64,000 nucleotides of DNA, from the NCBI GenBank assembly GCA_002633005.1, contig NMRA01000131.1, forward strand, positions 835,139-899,138. Direction: 5' to 3'. Shown here piece after piece: positions 38,800 through 53,352 of the stretch (position 1 is its first letter; every line of letters starts with the position of its first letter). A program made the position numbers and the translations under genes. This DNA comes from Phoronis australis. Taxonomy: Eukaryota > Animalia > Phoronida. The notes beneath the pieces were generated by a model. It did no database searches. It had not been told where the DNA came from and worked only from the letters and a program-made list of their open reading frames with translations.

Positions 38800-39030
38800 T
38801 GCAAAATCTGTTCTGAAATTCGGGTCGCTGGAATTAAATTTCTGAAAACTAATAAAGAAATGTAACCAGTTCTGATAATTCATTGTGACATGTATGCAAC
38901 CTCATGGAAGAACAGTTGATGTAAGAATTTCGGAAAAAAGACTGGACCATAGATGACCAATATTTCATGGCACCGAAAGTCAAATGCAAAGATCGCACCA
39001 CAATTTTAGCAGCACAATCTTGGTAGAATG
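38800..39030 (+). repeat. Dispersed repeat segment homologous to 63180-63410
   Basis: Shared gcaaaat.t.ttctgaaattcgg ... gaagaacagttgat ... aatatttcatggc.ccgaaag ... ttagcagca. Confidence 0.7.
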
Positions 39031-39365
39031 CCAATTAGTCATAAATTGTCTAAAATTGTCTAGTGAAAACAACATATCACAACTATTTAAGATTATCTCC
39101 AATCTTATTAAAAATTGGCCATTTTTACAATATTTCACGTGTCTAGCAAAATATCTCATCTCCATTATCAGATAATTTCAAATACAAAATATATACCGTG
39201 TAACGAGGAAAAACGATTTAGCAGAACCACGTTGGAACCGAACCACCGCGTGGATATTTGTGTACTATTTATCCAAGGTCAAAGTTTACAGGGCGGTCAC
39301 TCCCCTGTAAGGTATACAGCAGCTTCGTATGCACTCTCTCTCCTTTCATTCACCGAGTCGCCATA

Positions 39366-42300
39366 TAGTCCAGTCATTCTACGGATAACCCGGAAAAAAT
39401 TGCAACAGAAGGTTTTATTGCATAAATCGTATCCTTTCACACCCCTTAGTGAGAAAAAAAAAGTCTACCGGAATCGGAGTGGCGGAAGTTGGTTTTTCAA
39501 GATGGCGGACAAAATGGCCGCCAGAATTTCTGATGCGCACTATAACTCAAGAGCGGAATGTGATAGAGTAAAAATTCAAAAAGGTTTATCTATGTTTTGT
39601 GGGTCAACAAATCCATTGGAAATGGTTTTACATGGCTGTGGTGACACTATCCGCCATTTTCCAAGATGGCCGCCAAATCTACTTGAGTCGCACAACTTCA
39701 CACGAACAGATTAGTGTGTCGTCTTGCTTCAAACATCGCATCATAGGTTTTCTGGGTCGACTAATCTATTGAGACTCATTGCATTTGGCACTAATGATTA
39801 CATCCACCATTTCCAAGACGGCAGACAAAATGGCCGCCAGATTTGCAGATGATCATAACTCGAGAGTGAAATGTGACAGAGTAAAAATTCAAAAATGTTT
39901 ACTTATCTTTTGTGGGTCAACACATCCATTGGGAAAGTTTTGCATGGCTGTGGTGACACCATCAGCCATTTTCCAAGATGGCCTTCAAAACTATTTCGAA
40001 TCGCACAAACAGATTAGTGTGTTGTCTTGCTTCAAGTACCATAGGTTTTCTGTTTCGACTAATCCATTTAGACTCATTGCGTTTAGCTCTAATGATTACT
40101 TCCACCATTTTCTAAGATGGCCACCAAATAGTTGCTTCGTGTAAGAACTTCAGATTCCAGAGACACGCCATATCCTGAGTTTTCTAAGCCAGCACATCCA
40201 GTACAATAATTTTTGTCTGGCTCGTGATGATTACGACTACCATTTTCAAGATGGTTTAACGAATAACTTATTTGGGTCAAAAACATCAGGTTTGCCTGAA
40301 CTGAAGGATCATTCTCCTCCTGAAAAAATGTGCTGTATTGAAAATAACTCTCTGCAATTAATTCAGTGATCTACTATCCACACTGTCTGTGTCACTTCCA
40401 GTAAGTTGTAAATGCAAGTGAATCTATACACAATCAACCAGTATTTACACAACTAATCTCTGTCAACTCAGAATGAAATTGAATTGCTGCAGCTAAAACC
40501 ACGGCATTCTCCACATGCAACCGAGTACGGCTATTCTAACTTCCTGCAAGAACATCTTTTGGAACTGCAGTTGGTCTTATCCGAGCATCTCACTACTTTC
40601 AGCAGGTTCTCTGGTGCTGCTGAATGGTCCGTCGTCGTGGGAATGAATTTTCCACCTGCCATCATCCATCCCCAATACAGCGAGTCTAGGCCACTTCCAT
40701 GGAAACTTGACCGCTCTTGCTCTTGATAATATGTCCCGGCAGCATGGAATTTAGCTACTGAAGAAAGTTGGTGATGATGACTGCATTTGGACTGTGGCTA
40801 GTCTGACACCTCATCCACAAATTGCCTGTATCGCAAGTCATCCAAATTTCCAGAGCCAGTACCGCCATGAAGCACAGATACAACTCTTATCAGGTTCAAA
40901 TATGTCTTGCTTCAACTGCATGTGTCTAGTGAATACTCTTACTAGAGTTTTTGCAGAATTCTCGATCACGCAAATGAATGGGAGAGTCTTTGCTGATACC
41001 GAACCAAAGCTGTAATGTGTTGCAACCACCTATTGCATGCGCAAATGGCAAAACTGCGCAAGTTTCGGCACCAAGAGACAACTGTAGTTCCTTGATGTCC
41101 CAGACTCTCCTCTTGCTTTGGTGTCTCTTGTCAGATTTCATGAACATGAAATTTGTTGTGAAGTAGCATGGTAACGCAAATGAACCAACAAATCTGTATC
41201 GTCTGCAATAAGGGTAGCTGGACCTTGTACTGCGTTCTCTACTGCCGTTTCTACAATTAAAACATCTGCGTCACCTAGAGCTTGTGCCACTGTGCAACCA
41301 GCATTTCCTAGCAAACATGACAAGAAGTGAGTGACTCGTTTGTTTTCGCTTTTTTCCAATATGTTCCTTTTTTACTTGATCACCATGTCACCATTGAAGT
41401 GAACTTCAGTTCCAATCACCCCACCCAGTCTTCGAACATGGGAGACATCTTTAGTTGATGGTCCATCTCAGTAACCATCAAAAACAACAGTACGCTGGGT
41501 GCACTTGCTGATGTAATCCACATAAGCTCTACCAAATGACTGAAACGTTGCACCTCTAGACCATGGAATATGGTGAAGGAAAGAACCACCGTCGATTACA
41601 TGCATCACCGTGTTTTCTGGAAATTGAAATCCTCAGGTAGTCCTTCGGTGGATCAGAGTGCATCAGCTCATATTGATTTATTAGCGACTCTGGGAAGACC
41701 AGATGTATCAAAAAGAACAGGGGAACCAACACACAGCTCAAACTTCAAAAGGCTTGATGAACTTTCACTGTTGTCTTTTGCAGCTGTCAGGATTCGCTGA
41801 AATAGCAGTCGTGGATCGACTTGTGTAAAATTACTATTAGCGGCATGAACTGATTGACTTGACATTGCCACAACTTTGTCTTTCTTTCTGAACGTGAACT
41901 CTTTCACACTTGACCCCTCCATAGACAAGTGAACCGCCTTCCCCACTTTTCTGGCATTTTCGGCACTGATGCATGTGCCTGCAGTCACACTAGTGGTGAT
42001 GTTCTGTAATGTTTCTCTTTAAATGGGTTACTGTTGTGGAGGAATTCAACAAGGCTGCAGATGTCTTTGTCGTCACGCGACTGTCTTGCCTGGGTACATT
42101 CTTTATGCTGCTGACTTGTTTCACAATTCAAGTTTGTCACAGTCTGCATGGCACCATTTATACTTGAACATGCCGGCAAGGAAAGCAGCCACGGTGCACT
42201 GTGTGTATCTCCCATTTCGCCACCTCTAGTTAAACTTCCTGTTGATTTAATACTTTTCACGAGCATTTGTTCAATTACAAGATCATATCTCATTATGACA

Positions 42301-43685
42301 AGCCTGCCCAGAATCTGTCACTTTGTCTTATGGTTTGTTGGCCGTAGACGTCTGGACGGGTGTCTTTGAGTTGCTACATCTGCTTCAGTCACGTATGAAG
42401 ATTTTGCATAAGAGTTGTGAGCAGCAGCTGCGAAGTAAGGCAGTACTTCAGAAACTGCTTTTAGGTGAAGCTCCCAATCTGACGTTATTTCTGCTTTTAA
42501 AAAAGTCGAAGGATGTCAATCATCTTCATATACTGTAGTCAAAGACTAATGATTCGACTTTGCATGGACAAGTCTGATTTATGTGCTTTGATTTTTTATG
42601 GATACCCACAAGACACTCCGATGAGCATACATTGTCGCACACAGACGTCATGCCCGCAATAAGATCATCATACTGCTCCAGACCAGCTCTCAAATCGTAA
42701 TGAAGAATATCATTGGCCATTGATTCTTCTGACCAACTATTCTCTGTCACTGTGAATTGTGAAGACCTATACTCTGATTCAGTCATGTTTGAATATACTA
42801 ATGGCAGTAGGTCGGAAACCAGAAGTGAACTCTCGTGAGAGCATTCCACTGTAATCCAAGGTTTAGAATCGGAAGACACTGCCTGGGCATGGCATGCGCC
42901 ATAGTATACACCTAGTTATGTGATCAGTTGGGATGTCTGAGATGTCTGAAGAATCTGTCTCCATCTTCTGAAGAGCCAAAATTTGTGTACAAGCATTGAA
43001 CTCAGCTCCACCTCTTGGCATGTAATCCGTGTGTTCTGTGTTGGTGACATTCCGGACTCCTGGAATTTCTGAAGAACCTGAATTTCTTTCTTCATTGGTT
43101 TTGGATTGGCGTTACTTGATCTGTCAATATTTGGAAGTGGGATGTTGAATGTTCTGGCTTTTGTGATAGCATTCAGTGCTGAGTCTACCAACATATGCCC
43201 CCTCTTTGCTCTANNNNNNNNNNNNNNNNNNNNNNNNNNNNNNNNNNNNNNNNNNNNNNNNNNNNNNNNNNNNNNNNNNNNNNNNNNNNNNNNNNNNNNN
43301 NNNNNNNNNNNNNNNNNNNNNNNNNNNNNNNNNNNNNNNNNNNNNNNNNNNNNNNNNNNNNNNNNNNNNNNNNNNNNNNNNNNNNNNNNNNNNNNNNNNN
43401 NNNNNNNNNNNNNNNNNNNNNNNNNNNNNNNNNNNNNNNNNNNNTGACAAACTTTATTGTTTTATTTTTAGCTGTTATATAAGAGGAATATGCCAGAAAA
43501 CAGTAAACACCGGTTTTGTCGGCCATTTTTTCCGCCATCTTGAAAAACCGACTTCCGCCACTCCGATTTCGGTAGACTTTTTTTCTGACACCAAGGGATG
43601 TTTGAAGATGCCATTTATGCAAAAAAATCTTCTGTTGCAATTTTTTCTAGGTTGGGCCCTCTGGAGCCCTAGAATGACTGGACTA
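39366..43685 (-). mobile_element. Academ DNA transposon (degenerate, internally deleted or gapped)
   Basis: ~160-bp TIRs TAGTCCAGTCATTCTA... / ...TAGAATGACTGGACTA. Subterminal ~300-bp tandem duplication at 39500-40120. Minus-strand Academ-type coding fragments. Confidence 0.88.
40480..43200 (-). pseudogene. Academ transposase / XPG-like nuclease / Cys-cluster pseudogene
   Basis: Fragments DLVIEQMLVKSIKSTGSLTRG..WLLSLPAC, VDPRLLFQR, GDADVLIV..DDTDLLV, HAIGGCNT (degenerate GCD H3TH) and WGW...PENLLKVVRCS..NCSSKRCSCRK...CGECRG.SC.N, with many frameshifts. Confidence 0.85.
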
Positions 43686-43830
43686 TAAAGCTGGGTTTCC
43701 TATTATTCAGTCAGTCTTTGGTGAGGAAACAAAATCCAGTGCTGGACTGGTAAACTGTGTGGCAGGAGGTCTAACTCCAATGTCAATAATCTGTATGACT
43801 GCAACAGTTATTTAATGCTTCTTACATATA

Positions 43831-43907
43831 GTGATCATGTCTTGTTCACAAACTGAGTGATCATGTCTTGTTCACAAACTGAGTGATCATGTCTTGTTCA
43901 CAAACTG
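43831..43907. repeat. 26-bp tandem repeat x3
   Basis: gtgatcatgtcttgttcacaaactga repeated. Confidence 0.95.
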
Positions 43908-45701
43908 GTTAAAAACCATATGGTGATACCCCACCAATTTAGGACACGGCCTGACAAGCAAGTGAAATTTTATTTTCTCATTATTCACAGAGAAGTAGCA
44001 CCAAATCATTGCTATACCATTTTTAAAAATCTTCACCATAGCAACCATTCACCATAGCAACCATCAGATGATGATTAGGAGAAATTGTGGGCACTCACAA
44101 TATTAGAAGCAATGCAAAATTGAAAAAGGACCAACTTTGGTAATAGTTTATGTCTAAAATTGATGAGATTTTACAGTACTTGAAGACCCACTAGCGGTTA
44201 GAGAATGATCTTGACAGGGCTGCAAAACACAGCTGATTGGACAGAATATTGGCATACTTCTCCACTATCAAAATTGCTTTGCAGCTTTCCAACAGTTTCC
44301 GTCATTGCACTGCAGACAAGCAACTTGTTCAAAATAACTACACCCCCCCTTCATGGTTTATGAAATAGATGGTACACTAACTTCTTGACTGTCCATTTTC
44401 GACCCACACAACACCTAACAGTTCATTTTATAACCCTCAATGGCTAAAAATTCTTTACGTATAGATTAAAATGCAACAGAGTTGTATTCATAATTTGTTG
44501 TCGTGATACTTTTTGCTTTGACCAATGAATTTTCTACACTGCAGATGAATGTATTTGTTCTGTACATTATAAGTGTCTATGTCCAAACAACGAAGCGTGT
44601 CTGAGTTTTAATTTACTCTCATATAACAGAAACAATACAAGCCAACAGAAATATCATAATGGATATGTACAAATGGACTTCCCAGTTATCTTGCGTGTAC
44701 CGGAACTGACAGTCATAGTAGCTGTCCACTTCCACTCTGTGTGAAAATCAAGGTTATCTCAAAAATTATTTAGTGGCTTCCATTCGAGCTTGTACATAAA
44801 AAACGGGCTTTGTCAACTAGTAAAAGTTTATTAATATATATTCTGAAAGAACATTGCCGTGTGCATATATTTTTTTCTACTTTACATTTTTACAGCCAGT
44901 AAAGCTGGTGCCAATTTGCTGCCAAGTACACATGGCAATTGCTCACACCAGGCTGGTACTTTGCATCAGTTTCAGTTACGGCATTTTAGGTACGGAATTT
45001 GCTAATCTAGAAAGTTTTTTCCTCTAATTTATTACCTAAATGAGTACTGCTGCTGAAATTTGGCATACCCTCGCAATAGACTTCAGCAGCCAAGAGTTGG
45101 ATGTGGGAGATGCGACGTGCTTCGCAAACTTATGATTATGCACTAAATGCCATTCGTCATATGCAAAGAACGAGTAAAACTTGGATAATACTTAATCAAG
45201 TTTGCATAAAAAGAACCAAAATAAGAATCAACAACAACCAAACAAAATAACGCATTTACGCTCACGGTGATATCAATACATTTTCAAGCCAATATGATCA
45301 TCATTCAGGAATCGTTCCACAGGAACTCAGGTCACGGAAATAGACGAGGATAGTCAATGATTTTTTATCACAGCCGATGTACAAAATTGGGCTCAATAAG
45401 GCTTTTAGTTTGATAATAGAAAGGAGGTGTACATTATGCCATTTAGTTTGGTATATACTTTTAAGTTTTTAACTAGATTGCAGTTTGAGACGTGGACTTT
45501 GAGTCGAAATGCTGTTTGGTATTTATATAGTTCGTACCTAATCAACCGTAAAAAATTGTGATGTATTCACCAAATACAGCACGCCACAAGCCTAGATGAC
45601 CAATACACTGCAATTGGGTCATGAGACCCGTTATCACACTGGTACAAGTGCGATTGGGCACTTCTATCGGAAGTTGCATCAGATTAAAATTGATGCATAT
45701 G

Positions 45702-45762
45702 CATGGGCGGCGCAGCACCCAAAACAGTGGGAGCTACAGGCCCCTATGGTGCGCCGTCCATG
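45702..45762. mobile_element. 61-bp mini-MITE with a perfect 5-bp TSD
   Basis: atatg|CATGGGCGGCGCA...TGCGCCGTCCATG|atatg. Confidence 0.75.
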
Positions 45763-46193
45763 ATATGTAATGCACAACCGAGGCTGAGGATATCAATATT
45801 GTAATAAAGAGCCAAGCTACTAGAAAATGCGTCACGACGGAAATTCAAGAGAAAAATCGCAAACTTCACCATGCGTGAAATATGCGCAAAGGAAAAACTC
45901 TGCAGTCACCTCAGAGCTTTTAATCTCCTTCCCATTTATAATACATGCGTGCATCCACTTAGTCATTCGACAAGGAGCTGACTGACAACATGGATATGTG
46001 CAACTGCACTCTGAATCTGATGTCGACAGCTCAGAATGAGGCAAGCCAATCAAGCCAGTAATTTTCCAAAAATAATTCCAAGTACATGTCAGAATATATT
46101 TGAATACTAAGATGCCTTTAAAACTAATATTAAACAGTTAGGGTTCCACAAATTGCCTCTTAATCGCACTGGCTACTGCTTGAAGTCACTGTT

Positions 46194-47674
46194 TTTGTTG
46201 ATTGTTGTTGAGCAACAAGATACTTGGGGGTTAGTTCCTAGCCGGGAAGGGGGTGAGTTGGGAGACCTCCTCCAGATTCGTAGTTGAAGTCTATTTCTCC
46301 AATAATTTAAGCGTGAGGTGGAGATCTTTGGCAAGAGTGTCAGGAGGGTTTGGGGGTAGTTAGGGATGGTGCATCCTCAGGCATTCAAATATAACATGTT
46401 CAGCTGTTTCGTCACCCAGACCGCATTTTCTGCACACTGTGTCCACCGCTTGGCCGAGTTTTGCAAACCAATACTTCCAACTCCATGTGGTGGCTGCTCC
46501 TTCTGGCTCAGCATATTCTCTGCGATGTGGCTGTTCTTGACGCCTCGGGTACCGTACATTCGTTGCATTCTCTCGTGAGATGCCGGTCTGCTTTGAGTCA
46601 CTCTCCGGATCGCCACTTTGGCGGTGTTGTAATAGTGGTCTACTGCTTCTTGTTCTTGATTGGTACCCTCTTTTGCCACTTCGTAGGAAAGTTCATTCCC
46701 GATGATCCCTGTATGGCTGGGACACCAGGTGAAGGTGACCTGGCAGTCTTTATCATGTAGCTCGGCAAGGGTCAGCATGGCATGGCATTCGTCGTTGTTA
46801 GGTAGCTGGGACAGGTGGATCGTGTAGAGGCGTTGCAGCACCGACTATCACTCACTATTTTAACAGTTCTTGCAACGTCTTCTTCTTGAATCACCTTCAA
46901 GGCATTGTCGATGGCCTTCATCTCCACCTATAATGAGGAGCACCACTTGCTGGTTGGTATAGCAAAGGAACAGTGAACCCGAGGGTCGCTTGGATGGTCT
47001 GCAGAGACGACTCCACCACTGCCTATTGTGTTACCGTCCGTTGCTGATCCATCTTTGTAGAGGACCAGGTTATAGTCGCTCCATCGTTCCTCCTGTCAGG
47101 CCACAGCCCACTGTCGGTATACTGCCACATCGCCCATTTTGCATCCCGTCGTCTCACCTATCTCTAGTCAGGGGGAGAGGATCTGGCTTTCGCGGCAGTA
47201 GTTTGGTTTCAAGATTGATTTCCATACTTTGCTGGCTATTTCTCTCCAGCTTGTCTTCTTCGTCCGCTGTTGAAGTCTTGTATGGCGTCTGATATCTTGG
47301 GGTCTCGCCTGCTTGTCTCAGCAATTTTTCATAGATGATCATACTGAGTTGGACTGATCTGGTCGATATGGTTGACAGGTTTGCTTTGGCAAGGATAGCT
47401 TCAGCTGGGGTCGTTTTCATCTGGCCCGTGATTGCACGACGGGGAAATCCCTGACTTATCTCTAACTTGTCTATGGTTGATTGTGAGGCCCAGGGCAGCC
47501 AGGCAGCAGCAGCATATTCAACTGCTGATCTACACTTGGCAATGTAAGTTGCTCACAGAGTGTCCTTGTCATAACCTCAGTCTGTGGACGCTTAACTCTT
47601 CAGTGCACCTGCCCTCCTCATCTTCCCACTAACCGTCGCAGTGTGAGGGACGAATGTCACTTGAAGATTGTTTG
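46194..47674 (-). mobile_element. 5'-truncated RNase H-bearing LINE (I/Ingi/Nimb group) with (AAC)n tail
   Basis: Minus strand: TTPAEAIL, YKDGSA..G.GGVV, VTFTWCPSHTGIIGNELSYEVAKEG (RNase H). Tail caacaacaatcaacaaa. 13-bp TSD tgaagtc(a/g)ctgtt at 46181-46193 and 47675-47687. Confidence 0.85.
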
Positions 47675-48529
47675 TGAAGTCGCTGTTGTTTTATTAACAT
47701 CAAAGGTGAAAAATCACATTTTTCATAAAAAGAAATGTGCTACGTCAGTGTCTTGCCATTCCAAATAAGGAGACTTGCTTTGATGTGTGGGAAAAATTGA
47801 CAAAGTAGTGAGCATATGACAGGTTATTTTTGAAATTTGACATTAAAAGAAAAATGTTTTGACATCAACAGAAATTCAAAATCTTTATAAATAAACCGTA
47901 ACATTACCTGAACAGGATGAATTCTGTTTCAGTGACAGAGACCTACTTTGAATAATGCAATTTAGTCCGTTTTTTGCATTCCAAGCCTCTTTGATACAAC
48001 ATATTTTATTTCTTGAATTCGCTACAGTTTGATAGTGCCTACAAGTAGTAACATTGTCATTCCAGTTTGAAATGCGCAATCAAATGAACCAAACGTCATG
48101 TTCATAGATGTGCTGCGCCGAAAACGTATTTACTAGACAGAAGAAATTTACCATTGAGAGTGGTCATGCTTCCAAAATGCACAACTGCATTATGTTCATG
48201 ACAATAATCTTCCTCACCTTGGACAAACACTGATCCTATGCATGCATTTTTGGTGGTTTTGATCCCAAAACGATTATGTAATGATTGTCTTAAACCGGAG
48301 TTAAAAAAGCAGACATGAAATGGTTGTTTCGACTGCAAGCATTGCCTTACAAAATAACATTGTTTTGGAACACATGTGTACATTGATATATGAGTCCGAG
48401 TTGGCTTTGCCCTTGAGTACAAAAATGAAGTGACCTGTTCTATAACCTAGAGAATTATCCACAACCCCCCCACCCCCCAGCCCCGAGGTGAGAAAGTCTA
48501 AACTATAAAGTTGCAATTCTTTCGCCCTC

Positions 48530-48736
48530 TTCTTTACTCTTTACAGTCAAGTATACCAAATTGGCTCTCATTCATTCCCTTGCATACATTTATTCACTCA
48601 CAAGTAACACCGAGCTCAGTCTCACAGGTGTAGGAGACACTTTTGTGCAATGCTCAATTGTCTGCCAGTGAAAGCCGGGATTCGACTGGGTCTCACAAAC
48701 GGGAGTCCGGAGCTCAAACCACTGAGCCACAATGTC
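48530..48736 (-). mobile_element. tRNA-derived SINE
   Basis: Minus-strand head GACATTGTGGCTCAGTGG (A box) ... AGTCGAATCCC (B-box-like), followed by a non-tRNA body. 3' end approximate. Confidence 0.6.
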
Positions 48737-50612
48737 TTAACAAATAATCAGAGACTAAACACTTTTTGAGGGATAAGCTTGAATGCAAAAAATCTCAGTT
48801 TTTTTATAACCGAAATTGATATTTATCCACGGCTGAAACACGATTCACTGAGAATGTAGGTGCTTGGGACTGACAGGTTGCTTCCTTTGCGTTCCCATAC
48901 ACCACGTCACACATGTGTAACGAACGAAAATAGCGCCGTTTCTATTTTCCGTTACAATAATGGCGTTACAACACCACGGCACTAAGTGTGTAAATAACTT
49001 TGTATAGCCACGTACAATTCCCTTTAAGTTAAGAATATAGCAATTGTAATTGTAAACAATAATTTAGACCATATTGTTGTTCCGATTGTTTTGGACCTTG
49101 CAATTTCCTCTTTAAACCAGAGTAAGTAACGCATGCTAAGTGAAAAACACAAAACTTTGAGCCTTAGAAAGGAATATTGTAAAACTTTGACAATGAAAAT
49201 AGAAAATTTAGTACTATGGTAGTGTATGCTGCTGTAGTGCAGTGTACAAATATACATTGGAATTAGGTCAAAGTGGTGTAAATAATGAGGCATGGGAAGC
49301 ATTGCAGAGATGAGATTACAATCAGCATGAGGGGTCATCGGGTCATGACAGGCACTTCAGTTTCAGTCACAATCTAGAAGAAAACATCCACAGGCAGAGC
49401 TGTCATCACACGGAAACGGTATTTTGTCCGTTTTCTTTCGGCTTGTACTGTTTCACCATCAATGCCAATTTCAAAATTACATCAAGTCTGAAAATGGGTC
49501 ATATAAAATGGGTCACATAAAATGGGTCATATAAAAGCATGACATAAAAACTAAAAAAATCCTTTTTTCCATAGCTCCACATCAGGCCTTTATGCAGCAT
49601 AGGTCCTGGGAGTCCAAATGGACATCCTAGTACTAATCTGGACGCCCTAGCAAGGACGCCCACTGTCAATCAGAAACTTTCAAGTTTGGACACACATATG
49701 GCTGAAGGGAGAAGAAAGCTCAAAGTGCTGGAAGAAATATACAATGTATATACAGTGTATACACATTGTATATACAATGTATATAAAATGTATATACATT
49801 GTGGCCATGTTCAAATGAGGTTGAAAACATTGAGTATACAACACCTTTTAAGCATTAGCACCCTTGGTTGTCAAAAGTTTCTTCAGTGGTCTGAGCTTCA
49901 TAGTTCATTACTATATGTAGGGGTGATACCTGAGTGTAACTCCAAACTGGTGTTTCAGAGCTGCAATTTTATGATTTTCATCCTTTTTAAAAACATCAAA
50001 AGCCCAATAAATGTCATTATTTTAATACTATGTTGTGCCACAAGAATATTCCCATATACAATTTTTTAGTTTGCGCCCTTTCCATGCTTTTCAATGGGCG
50101 TTTTAAGGTTTTAATATGGAACAGCAGTGACACCTCTTGCCAAAATAACAAGTGCATTTATCTGGTTTTGTAACTGCAGCTCTGATGACTCATTTTACAG
50201 ATTAAAGCTTGTAAAATGATATGACAAACTTTATAACATCAATTTGACTCGAGATCACCAAAAACATAGTGCACTCATTGTTCAGCCAATATCTCTAATA
50301 TTTGTTTGGAAAGCTACTTGGCTGCTTTCGTAAATTTAAATGTAAAACTCTTGGTCTACACATTTTTTTGAGTAAAAAAGCTCACTACAGAGGTGAGAGT
50401 TTTGTAAACTTAGATGTAAAAAACCTTGGTCTTTGCATTTTTTTGTAAAACACCTCCCTGTGTGGGGGTTATTGCTGGTGAACAGTCGTCGGGGTGGGGG
50501 TTACGCATTGTTCCAATCATGGACGCCCTGGAATATTGGGAACCTCATTTTGGACACCCAAAAAACAATTCCTAATGGTGTTTTAGAGAACAGTTCCATA
50601 AAGCATAGTATT

Positions 50613-52340
50613 TGAAAGATTCATATAAAATCAATTGGCTAGGAAAAATTTACGGAATTAGGCGATACCATCAGTTTACATAGAATTTTTAACGGGCTTT
50701 CAGAAGATGTTTTCCATTTTTCGCTAGGACGTCTACTTTTCGAGTTATTTGAGATTTTCTGATAACGCTGTTCCTTTGTTGAGCGCTCTTGCTAAATTGA
50801 TGTTGGTTTATCTTCTATTGAACTAGACTGTAGCTTATTTCTTATTGATTAATGACATCTAAGTTCGTCATATGAATGTTGTGATGTTGTTCATCATCGC
50901 CACCACCATCATCATATTCGTCATCATCGCCATCATCTTCGTCATCATCTCCGTCGTTGTCTTTTCCGTTAATTTCGCCAAGTGTCGCTCAAGACTGTAG
51001 CCTTTTTCTTGGCTGATTTCGGACTTCTACGTTCATCATGTGTATGTTATTATTACTTCTTTTGTTCATCCTCGCCACCATCATCGTCATATTCGTCATC
51101 TTCGTCATCATCTTTATCGTCATCTTTTTGGTTAATTTCGCCAAGTTTCGCTCCTCGGAGCGCTTTCATTTTTTTTTTTGTTCGCACGATACAGGTTGCA
51201 ATTTTCGTCCGATCATCACAAAATTTACACATAACACGTACTTCCGGAAGTACTGGAAGCCTATTGTTTTTCATCAAAATCGGATCCAAGATGGCGGCTG
51301 TGGCGGCCATTTTGTTTCCATTTACAGGTTCAAATGCTGCTGGAGGCTACAATTTTTTATGTAAAAGGCTAAGAATCGGCACAGTAATGAACCGGAAGTT
51401 TTCTACAAGTATACCGGAACTTGTTTACTTCCGGTTAAAGATGGCGGAAATATCGGCGATCGCACATGCACACCTCGATTTTGGCCTAAAAACGTTTTCT
51501 CCTGTAGAGGGCGCATTAGAAGACCAATTCCTTCGAATTTTTACAGGTATTAGTTTCTTATGACATGCTATTATACAAAGCCAAAAAACCGGAAGTTGCT
51601 TTCAAGATGGTGGATCTGGCACATGTTGACCCATTTTCAGTCGTGCTGGAGTGAGATTTTAAACGGGAAAAGAAAAAGACGTGATTTTTTGCATGTGGAT
51701 TCTTTGAAGTATATTCTTCAAATGGCCTGTAACGATTTTTTTTCTTAGACTTACCGTTTTCGAGTTATTTGACTTTGAATTTCTTAAAAAAACGCAAAAT
51801 TTCATTTTTTTTCAAAAAATTTACGGAATTAGGCGATACCATCAGTTTAAATAGAATTTTGAACGGGCTTTCAGAAGATGTTTTCTATTTTTCACTAGGA
51901 CGTCTACTTTTCGAGTTATTTGAGATTTTCTGATAACGCTGTTCCTTTGTTGAGCGCTCTTGCTGCATTGATGTTGGTTTATCTTCTATTGAACTAGACT
52001 GTAGCCTATTTCTTATTGATTTATGACATCTAAGTTCGTCATATGAATGTAGTGATGTTGTTCATCATCGCCACCACCATCATCATATTCGTCATCATCG
52101 TCATCATCTTCGTCATCATCTCCGTCGTTGTCTTTTCCATTAATTTCACCAAGTGTCGCTCAAGTCTGTAGCCTTTTTCTTACTGATTTCGGACTTCTAC
52201 GTTCGTCATGTGTACGTTATTATTACTTCTTTTGTTCATCCTCGCCACCATCGTCGTCATATTCGTCATCTTCATCATCTTTATCGTCATCTTTTTGGTT
52301 AATTTCGCCAAGTTTCGCTCCTTGGAACGCTTTCATTTTT
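50613..52340. repeat. Element with a ~525-bp direct repeat (50644-51172 and 51815-52340) containing (TCA/TCG)n microsatellite, Helitron/HINE-like
   Basis: Highly similar direct copies ~1170 bp apart. Each ends in the hairpin cgctcc-tc-ggagcg, then ctttca and a T-run. Confidence 0.75.
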
Positions 52341-53352
52341 ACTTCAGTTTACAGGCAGTCACTGATACAGAGCTTGTAGAAGTAGAACCAAAATGACTTT
52401 TAAGGTTGAAAAAATAAAAAGCTTTTCAACCTTTTGCCTGTAGACATAAACCCAGAATCAATCTAAAAAGTCCTAAAATGTTGTTAGTAAGCAGGGTACT
52501 ATTTTCTGCAACTGAAATATTTATTGCCTTTTCCCCTAGGATATTGGCTACAAATCAGTCTGCAAAAATCAGGCTCAGGCTGAAAGTCATAAAACCTGTC
52601 AATAACTCGGTGGAAAGACAGAAATCCACAATCTGCTCCAAGAGGCAGACCAGACGTAGGGGGCACCCCTATCATTTTTGCGCCACATTTTCTGCATAGT
52701 GGGGTGAGTAATATGGACACGTGGCAGAACTGGGACAAAGTAGTACTGGCACAACTTCATTTTGGGACTTGGAATGCAGAGAATTATCAAGGTAATAAAT
52801 GCTGCCAAGCATGAATCACAGAGATTTCTTCTTTTATCAAATGTTATACGCACCACTCCAGTTTTGACACTTTATTGCCCTGAACTATTAAGGTTATTAA
52901 TACGAGAAAAGTTATAGATTTTCAACACCAACTCAAATTTTGAGAACACTAACTAAGCTTGATATTCAGTATTACACAGTACAACATACCAGGCATTGTG
53001 ATCAAGACATATCTTTTATAATCTCAATAGGAATAGAGAAGTCTGCATTACGTATATTAACCAATTCCTGGTACAAGGCTCTAAAACTGATTTCAAAGAA
53101 CATTTTACTGCCTGATAAAACAAGACTGCTGGCTTAATACCGTGAAAAAAGGGTTTCAGAAGGACAGATTTTTATTAAATGCCATATGGATAAACAGTAA
53201 TCAATATTTTTTAATCACTTCACATCACGTGTAGCACTGATATCAGTTAAATAAACAATTGACAGTGAGTGTATGTAAACTACTTTACATAAAATTGAGT
53301 ACCGCAGTTATTCAAACTACAAGATATAGCCAAATAATTATATAAAGCTCAT

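Noticed and set aside
39115-39714. 199-aa ORF
   Set aside because: It crosses the Academ TIR boundary and reads through non-coding terminal repeats, with no motif.
43106-43688. ORFs spanning N runs (also 61108-61418)
   Set aside because: Artefacts of assembly gaps.
48660-48736. Possible tRNA gene on the minus strand
   Set aside because: A and B boxes are present but there is no closed cloverleaf or acceptor stem; better explained as a SINE head.
50982-51563. 193-aa Ser-rich ORF and antisense Asp/Glu-rich ORF
   Set aside because: Low complexity produced by the (TCA/TCG)n microsatellite inside a repeat.
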